Below, piece after piece: positions 59,141 through 64,000 of a DNA stretch of 64,000 nucleotides (the first letter of the stretch is position 1; every line of letters begins with the position of its first letter). Both the position numbers and the translations under genes were made by a program. Under the pieces are notes generated by a model. It was not told the origin of the DNA. It ran no database searches and saw nothing but the letters and a program-made list of their open reading frames with translations. This stretch comes from Acidimicrobiia bacterium. GTDB lineage: Bacteria > Actinomycetota > Acidimicrobiia > Spongiisociales > JAOTWH01. The stretch lies in contig JAZFSG010000046.1 of assembly GCA_036446035.1 (NCBI GenBank), forward strand, positions 5,283 through 69,282. Reading direction: 5' to 3'.

Positions 59141-59310
59141 TCGACCCCCTCCGACCTCGCTGCGCTCGGCCCCGCCCTGCCGCCGTTGGCGGCGTCGGCT
59201 CCTTACCGGCCTTACCCAGGCCAGTCGTCGCCTCAGCTGTGCCGGCCTTTGGCCAGCGCCCCCTGCTACCTCGCTGCGCTCGGCCACCTCCCCCTGGAGG
59301 GGGAGGATTG
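59141..59310. repeat. intergenic mosaic repeat locus 2: two copies of the CCCCCT-N-ACCTCGCTGCGCTCGGCC core plus a CCTCCCCCTGGAGGGGGAGG perfect hairpin
   Basis: The core appears at ~59154-59171 and ~59267-59284. The palindromic hairpin at ~59285-59304 lies immediately 3' of the metB-like stop. Confidence 0.6.
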
Positions 59311-59311
59311 G

Positions 59312-60361
59312 CTACTGGCTCGAGAGCGCCTGCTCCAGATCGGCGATGAGATCGGCGGCGTCTTCGAGGCCGATCGAGCATCGGATGAGCCCTTCGGGAG
59401 CGCTGGAGTCGGTGTCGAAGCGCAGGTCGGCGACGGATTCCACTCCGCCCAAAGATGTTGCGTTGCTGAACACCCGCATCCTGTCACGCACAGCAGTTGC
59501 CTCAGCAAAGGAGCCCATCTCAAACGACACCATCGCCCCCGGACTGGCCATTTGGCGTTGCGCGATGTCGGCTCCGGGGTGACCGTCGAGGCCGGGGTAA
59601 TAGGTGGCGAGCACCCGGCCGTTGAGGAACTGGGCCACCACTGCCGCCGTAGCTGATTGGCGTTCGACGCGAACCGGCAGGGTGCGAATGCCTCGCAACG
59701 CCAGCCAGGCATCGAGAGAGCCGGGAATAGAGCCGTCGACACTGCGGTCCTCGGCCAGCTCGTCGGCCTCGGCATCGGTCCTGGCAACCAGGACGCCGCC
59801 CATCGTGTCGGAGTGCCCACCGATGAACTTGGTGGTTGAGTGCATCACATAATCGGCCCCGAGGGCCAGCGGCTGTTGCAGCACCGGGGTGGCGAAAGTC
59901 GAATCGACAACCACGACTGCTCCGACCGCATGGGCCGCCTCGGCAGCCGCCGCGATGTCGGTCACGAAGCACTTGGGGTTCGAGGGAGTCTCCACCCACA
60001 TGATGTCGCCCTCACCAAGCTCGGTGGCATCGACGACCCGCAGGCGGCCCCGCGTTTGCTCCCGCAGGGCCAGCTTCCGCGTCCCCCCGTAGAGGTCGTC
60101 GGGAAGCGAGACCCGCGACGGCTGGATGTGGCCGAAGATGGCAGCAGTGGCGGCCATGCCCGATGAGTAGGTCACGGCCGAGCCGCCCTCTAGCGCGCCG
60201 ATAACGGCCTCGAGCCGACGAGTGGTTCCGTGGTGGTCGCGGCGATAGACCAAGGCGTCCTGGTCGGTGCGCTCGAAGGTGGTGCTCACCCGTATGGGAG
60301 GAGCGATGTCGGGCGTGTCTTCCACCCCATCATCGCCGTGGATGGCCGTCGTATGAGACAT
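59312..60361 (-). CDS. cystathionine gamma-synthase / O-succinylhomoserine sulfhydrylase family PLP enzyme (Cys/Met metabolism)
   Basis: MSHTTAIHGDDGVEDTPDIAPPIRVSTTFERTDQ start and the PLP-lysine motif HSTTKFIGGHSDTMGGV. The ORF track fuses it to a 320-codon upstream extension (to 61321) that is antisense to the MAT gene, so the start was trimmed to the ATG. Confidence 0.85.
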   Translation of the reverse strand: MSHTTAIHGDDGVEDTPDIAPPIRVSTTFERTDQDALVYRRDHHGTTRRLEAVIGALEGGSAVTYSSGMAATAAIFGHIQPSRVSLPDDLYGGTRKLALREQTRGRLRVVDATELGEGDIMWVETPSNPKCFVTDIAAAAEAAHAVGAVVVVDSTFATPVLQQPLALGADYVMHSTTKFIGGHSDTMGGVLVARTDAEADELAEDRSVDGSIPGSLDAWLALRGIRTLPVRVERQSATAAVVAQFLNGRVLATYYPGLDGHPGADIAQRQMASPGAMVSFEMGSFAEATAVRDRMRVFSNATSLGGVESVADLRFDTDSSAPEGLIRCSIGLEDAADLIADLEQALSSQ

Positions 60362-60412
60362 GGAAGACAATCTACAGACCACCGACGTGGCTACTGCTGT
60401 AGGATTGTCGCC

Positions 60413-61552
60413 ATGGATCTCACCATTTCGCACAGACCTACTTACGCGCCATCGGTCGAATTCGTCGAGCGCAAAGGCGTCGGCCACCCCGACACCATCT
60501 GCGATGCCATGGCGGACAACCTGGCCCGCCGCATGGCGACCGCCTATATCGAGAACACCGGTGCCGTTCAGCACTTCAATGTCGACAAGGCGATCCTGGC
60601 CGCCGGAACGGTGAACATCGAGTACGGCGGGGGTACCCACCTCACCCCGGGCCGCCTCATCCTGGTGGGCAAGGCCAACACCAAAGGTTGGGAGCCCGAT
60701 ATGGACGCGTTGGTCAAGGCAGCCCACGCCGACCTCGCCGAGATCCTGCCCGAGGCCGATTCCGACGCCTACACCATCGAGATCTGGCTCAGCCAGTCGG
60801 CAGATGACCTGGCCGTCGTCAACAGCCACGACGTTCCGCTCTCCAACGACACCTCCTTTGCAGCCGTGTCCGTCCCCCGCTCCCCGCTCGAGGAGACGGT
60901 GTATCGAGTCGAGCATCTGCTCAACGGCAGCCACTTCCGCGGACGGGTTCCCGTCGGCCGCGACATCAAGGTCATGGGGGCACGCACCGACGCCGGAACT
61001 ACGGTCACAGTGGCCTCGCCCATCTACGCGGTTGCAGTCAAGGACAGGGCCGAATACGACGCCGCCATCGACACGATCCGTTCTGAGACCCTCGACCTCG
61101 CCGAGTCCATCATGGAGACCGACGTCGCAGTGCAGGTCAATGGAGCCGACGACGATTACTCCACCTATCTGACGCTGAGCGGCACCTCCGCCGAGTCCGG
61201 CGACGACGGGCAGGTGGGACGGGGCAACCGCTTCGGCGGGCTCATCACCCCCTATCGCCCGATGAGCCTTGAAGCCGCTGCCGGCAAGAACCCGGCCGCC
61301 CACGTCGGTAAGACCTACCACGCCGCGGCATTTGACCTCGGCATGAAGGCCGTCGGCGAGCTCGGCGCCAGCGAGGTCACGACCAGGATCCTGTCATCCA
61401 TCGGCAAGCCCGTCACGGAGCCTCAGGCCATCCACGTCGAGGTACACGGTGATGTCGACGACGGTGCCATCGCCGGCGCTGTCAAGGAGTCCCTCTCCGA
61501 CTGGGAAGGCATCCGCGACCGCCTCATCGCCGGCGAGTACGAGCTCTACTAG
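60413..61552 (+). CDS. S-adenosylmethionine synthetase, archaeal type (MAT, PF01941 family)
   Basis: VEFVERKGVGHPDTICDAMADNLARRMATAYIE matches the archaeal MAT N-terminal signature (VERKG-GHPDS-CD). About 380 aa. Start trimmed to MDLTISHRPT. Confidence 0.8.
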   Translation: MDLTISHRPTYAPSVEFVERKGVGHPDTICDAMADNLARRMATAYIENTGAVQHFNVDKAILAAGTVNIEYGGGTHLTPGRLILVGKANTKGWEPDMDALVKAAHADLAEILPEADSDAYTIEIWLSQSADDLAVVNSHDVPLSNDTSFAAVSVPRSPLEETVYRVEHLLNGSHFRGRVPVGRDIKVMGARTDAGTTVTVASPIYAVAVKDRAEYDAAIDTIRSETLDLAESIMETDVAVQVNGADDDYSTYLTLSGTSAESGDDGQVGRGNRFGGLITPYRPMSLEAAAGKNPAAHVGKTYHAAAFDLGMKAVGELGASEVTTRILSSIGKPVTEPQAIHVEVHGDVDDGAIAGAVKESLSDWEGIRDRLIAGEYELY

Positions 61553-61555
61553 ATC

Positions 61556-61690
61556 GGGCTTTGGGTTTTGGGCTTTGGGCTTTGGGCAAGGGAGCTCCCC
61601 TTTCGAGGGACGTAGCCGAACACATTCCTCTCCAACACAGCACGACGCGTTTCCTCCCCCCTAAGGGGGAGGTGGCCCGAAGGGCCGGAG
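61556..61690. repeat. intergenic mosaic repeat locus 3: (GGGCTTTG)x4 tandem array + GGGAGCTCCC palindrome + CCTCCCCCCTAAGGGGGAGG hairpin + GGCCCGAAGGGCC hairpin
   Basis: Read directly downstream of the MAT stop and upstream of the ABC transporter. The heptamer array is the reverse complement of the array at locus 1. Confidence 0.6.
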
Positions 61691-61755
61691 GGGGCTTCCT
61701 GTTCCCAGCCCAGCCCGGCTGGCGACTAACGGCTCCGCCGCCCTAACTTCCTGGC

Positions 61756-62859
61756 ATGCCCGAACCAATGATCCGGCTTGACGCGGTCTCCAAGACCTTC
61801 CCCGGCTCGACCGCTCCGGCGGTTGACCGACTCTCGTTCGATGTCCCCGAGGGCGAGATCGTCATCCTCATCGGCCCGTCAGGGTGCGGTAAGACCACGA
61901 CCCTCAAGATGATCAACCGCCTCGTCGAGCCGACGGCCGGGACGATCGAAGTTGCCGGCAAGGACATCACCTCACTCGAGGCTCATCAACTCCGCCGCGG
62001 CATCGGCTACGTCATACAGCAGGTTGGCTTGTTTCCCCACAAGACCATCGCCGACAACATCGCCGTCGTACCGCGCCTGCTCGGATGGGATGCCTCGCGG
62101 ATCTCGGCCAGGGTCGACGAGCTGGTCGAACTCGTCGAACTGGAGCCCGGGATGGGAAACCGCTATCCGTCAGAGCTCAGCGGTGGCCAGCGGCAGCGCG
62201 TTGGCGTAGCCCGAGCGCTGGCGGCGGATCCACCCGTCTTGCTCATGGACGAACCCTTCGGAGCGGTCGACCCCATCGTGCGCGCCCGACTCCAAGACGA
62301 GCTTCTCAGGCTGCAGGCCCAGGTCCGCAAGACGATCGTCTTCGTCACACACGACATCGACGAAGCGGTCAAGTTGGGTGATCGCATCGCTCTGCTCAAC
62401 GTCGGCGGCATCCTCGAGCAGTACGACCCTCCAGCCGCCGTCTTGCGTGACCCTGCCAGTGAATTCGTTGCCGACTTCCTCGGAACCGACCGTGGACTGA
62501 AACGACTCTCTCTGCTCCCCATCTCTGGCGTCGAGCTACTCCCTGGGCCGGTGGTTCCTCCGAGCGCGACGGCCAACGAGGCGCGGCTGGTCATGGCAGA
62601 GCACGGCCTTGACTGGTTCATGGTGGGCCGGGACGGCCAAATCAGCGGCTGGTTGTCGGAGGAAGACCTGGCCGGCTCAAGCTCGCCGGCCGAGCTTGAG
62701 GTGAGGCCACTGCGGACGACCCTGTCACCGACCTCATCGCTACGCGACGGACTCGACGCCGTCGTCTCCTCACGCTCCCGAGTCGCCACCGTGTTCGACG
62801 GCGACAGCTACCTGGGCATCCTCACTATCGACCAGATCAGTCAAGAGGTACTGCGGTGA
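61756..62859 (+). CDS. osmoprotectant (OpuC/ProV-like) ABC transporter ATP-binding protein with tandem C-terminal CBS domains
   Basis: Walker A (GPSGCGKTT), ABC signature (LSGGQRQRV), Walker B (LLMDEPFGAVD), and a ~120-aa CBS pair at the C-terminus. Confidence 0.85.
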   Translation: MPEPMIRLDAVSKTFPGSTAPAVDRLSFDVPEGEIVILIGPSGCGKTTTLKMINRLVEPTAGTIEVAGKDITSLEAHQLRRGIGYVIQQVGLFPHKTIADNIAVVPRLLGWDASRISARVDELVELVELEPGMGNRYPSELSGGQRQRVGVARALAADPPVLLMDEPFGAVDPIVRARLQDELLRLQAQVRKTIVFVTHDIDEAVKLGDRIALLNVGGILEQYDPPAAVLRDPASEFVADFLGTDRGLKRLSLLPISGVELLPGPVVPPSATANEARLVMAEHGLDWFMVGRDGQISGWLSEEDLAGSSSPAELEVRPLRTTLSPTSSLRDGLDAVVSSRSRVATVFDGDSYLGILTIDQISQEVLR

Positions 62860-63536
62860 TCCTCGCCCAGAGCGCGAGCGATCCGCTTATCAGGTGGGAT
62901 TGGGTGTGGGATCACACCGACGACATCGCGACCGCCACCTGGGAACACCTTCGACTCACTGCGGTAGCCGTCGCATTGGGGTTCGTCATATCCATGGTGC
63001 TTGCCATGATCGGCTTGCGCTGGCCGAAGACCTATCCCCCGATCACCTGGGCGGCGGGCGTCATGTACACCATCCCCTCGCTCGCTCTGTTCGCCATGCT
63101 GGTGCCGGTCACCGGCCTGACGTTCCTCACCGCCGAGATCGGCCTCGTCAGCTACACCCTGCTCATCCTCATCCGCAACATAACGGCAGGCATCAACAGC
63201 GTGCCGCCAGACATCCGCGAGGCGGCCTTGGGCATGGGCTACACAAAGCGGCGGATGTTCTGGGAGATCGAGATACCGCTGGCGACCCCGGCCATCATCG
63301 CAGGCCTTCGCATAGCCACCGTGACAACCGTGGGCCTCGTCACCGTCACCGCCCTCATCACCCTCGGTGGTCTCGGCTCCTTCATCGACAGCGGTCTCAG
63401 GCGCTTCTTCAACACCGAGATCATCGTTGGGGTCGTGTTATCAGTGGCGTTGGCGGTCGTGCTCGACCTTGCAATCGTGCTCGTCGAACGCTGGCTGACG
63501 CCGTGGTCGCGTCACCGAGCGACGGTGGGCAACTGA
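62856..63536 (+). CDS. ABC transporter permease (OpuCB-like, BPD_transp_1)
   Basis: Six TM helices with the EAA-like motif (REAALGMGYTKRRMFWEIEIPLA). ATGA overlap with the ATPase gene. Confidence 0.85.
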   Translation: MILAQSASDPLIRWDWVWDHTDDIATATWEHLRLTAVAVALGFVISMVLAMIGLRWPKTYPPITWAAGVMYTIPSLALFAMLVPVTGLTFLTAEIGLVSYTLLILIRNITAGINSVPPDIREAALGMGYTKRRMFWEIEIPLATPAIIAGLRIATVTTVGLVTVTALITLGGLGSFIDSGLRRFFNTEIIVGVVLSVALAVVLDLAIVLVERWLTPWSRHRATVGN

Positions 63537-64000
63537 TGGAATTCCTCGGTGACGTGTTGGAATGGTTCGCCACGGCGGACAACTGGACCGGCACTCAGGG
63601 TGTGCTCCACCGCACCTGGGAGCACATCCAGCTTTCGGCCATCTCAGTGGCGGTCGCCGCCGGGCTGGCACTGGTACCAGGAGTGATCCTTGGCCACCTC
63701 GGCCGGGGTGGTGTCTTCGCCGTGGCCGTGGTCAACATCGGCCGCGCCGTCCCCTCCTTCGGGATCCTGGCGCTGGCGCTCCCGGTCTCGATCAAGCTTG
63801 GACTAGGGCTCGGCTTCTGGCCGACGCTCATCGCCCTGGTCGCACTGGCATTGCCTCCGATGTTCACCAATGCCTACACGGGCGTGCGCCAGGTGGACCC
63901 AGCCATGACCGAGGCCGCCACCGGCATGGGCATGAAGGGCGGCCAGGTGCTGTGGAATATCGAGCTGCCCAGCGCTTCTCCATTGATCATCACCGCCCTG
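63536..64000 (+). CDS. ABC transporter permease (second permease, 3'-truncated at the window edge)
   Basis: TGATG overlap start, TM helices, and the MTEAATGMGMKGGQVLWNIELP EAA-loop motif. Runs off the window. Confidence 0.8.
   Translation, partial: MEFLGDVLEWFATADNWTGTQGVLHRTWEHIQLSAISVAVAAGLALVPGVILGHLGRGGVFAVAVVNIGRAVPSFGILALALPVSIKLGLGLGFWPTLIALVALALPPMFTNAYTGVRQVDPAMTEAATGMGMKGGQVLWNIELPSASPLIITAL

Noticed and set aside
59312-61321. 669-aa minus-strand ORF from the ORF track
   Set aside because: Only the C-terminal ~349 aa are a Cys/Met-metabolism PLP enzyme starting at MSHTTAIHG. The N-terminal 320 codons are Gly/Val/Asp-rich, low-complexity, and exactly antisense to the well-supported archaeal-type MAT gene on the plus strand.
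61756-64000. Possible riboswitch in the hairpin-rich leader of the OpuC-like ABC operon
   Set aside because: The structured sequence in 61556-61755 is better explained by the repeat/terminator modules shared with two other loci. No known riboswitch consensus was recognised.

Overview
This 64 kb window is high-GC (~67-70%) actinobacterial-type chromosomal DNA, tightly packed with many ATGA/GTGA/TTGA start-stop overlaps. The ORF track takes the longest ORF from the first ATG/GTG/TTG, so many listed ORFs carry spurious Arg-rich N-terminal extensions. I trimmed starts to the start codon that overlaps or abuts the upstream stop wherever the protein alignment supported it.

Content in order along the window:
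- 1-1722: two tandem phosphofructokinase paralogs.
- 1719-3434: an rluD-like pseudouridine synthase, lspA and a DksA/TraR zinc-finger gene on the minus strand.
- 3540-6809: a T-box leader followed by ileS.
- 6799-23937: a complete minus-strand dcw cell-division/wall cluster: mraZ-rsmH-ftsL-ftsI-murE-murF-mraY-murD-ftsW-murG-murC-murB-ftsQ-ftsZ-pgeF-yggS-sepF-yggT, with an MraZ-box-like direct repeat array upstream of mraZ.
- ~24-36.5 kb: a less conserved stretch. It holds a Rossmann-fold protein followed in-frame by a USP-like remnant, a 517-aa secreted protein, a divergent HNH-endonuclease / standalone serine-recombinase-domain pair, the MoxR-DUF58-transglutaminase triad, MerR, DUF3040, dinB, a cupredoxin-like lipoprotein and membrane proteins.
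- 36.5-64 kb: the fabD-fabH-fabG-acpP-fabF operon, threonine aldolase, alpha-glucan phosphorylase, an aminotransferase, queG, gnd-zwf, an orphan ATP-grasp-like gene, pntAA-pntAB-pntB, a nitroreductase, an RRM RNA-binding protein, a metB-like gene divergent from an archaeal-type SAM synthetase, and the start of an OpuC-like ABC transporter.

No rRNA, tRNA, CRISPR array or obvious IS/prophage was seen.

Items worth a second look:
- A mosaic family of short intergenic repeats: an 18-nt core, CCCAAAG/GGGCTTTG heptamer arrays, and CCTCCCCC-loop-GGGGGAGG hairpins.
- The archaeal-type MAT next to metB.
- A zinc-ribbon-like coding frame downstream of the RRM gene that has no canonical start codon.
- The HNH / degenerate-recombinase pair.
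- The orphan ATP-grasp-like gene.
- The T-box leader upstream of ileS and the MraZ-box array upstream of mraZ.

Coordinates follow the ORF-track numbering; a few of my by-eye positions may be off by 1 nt.
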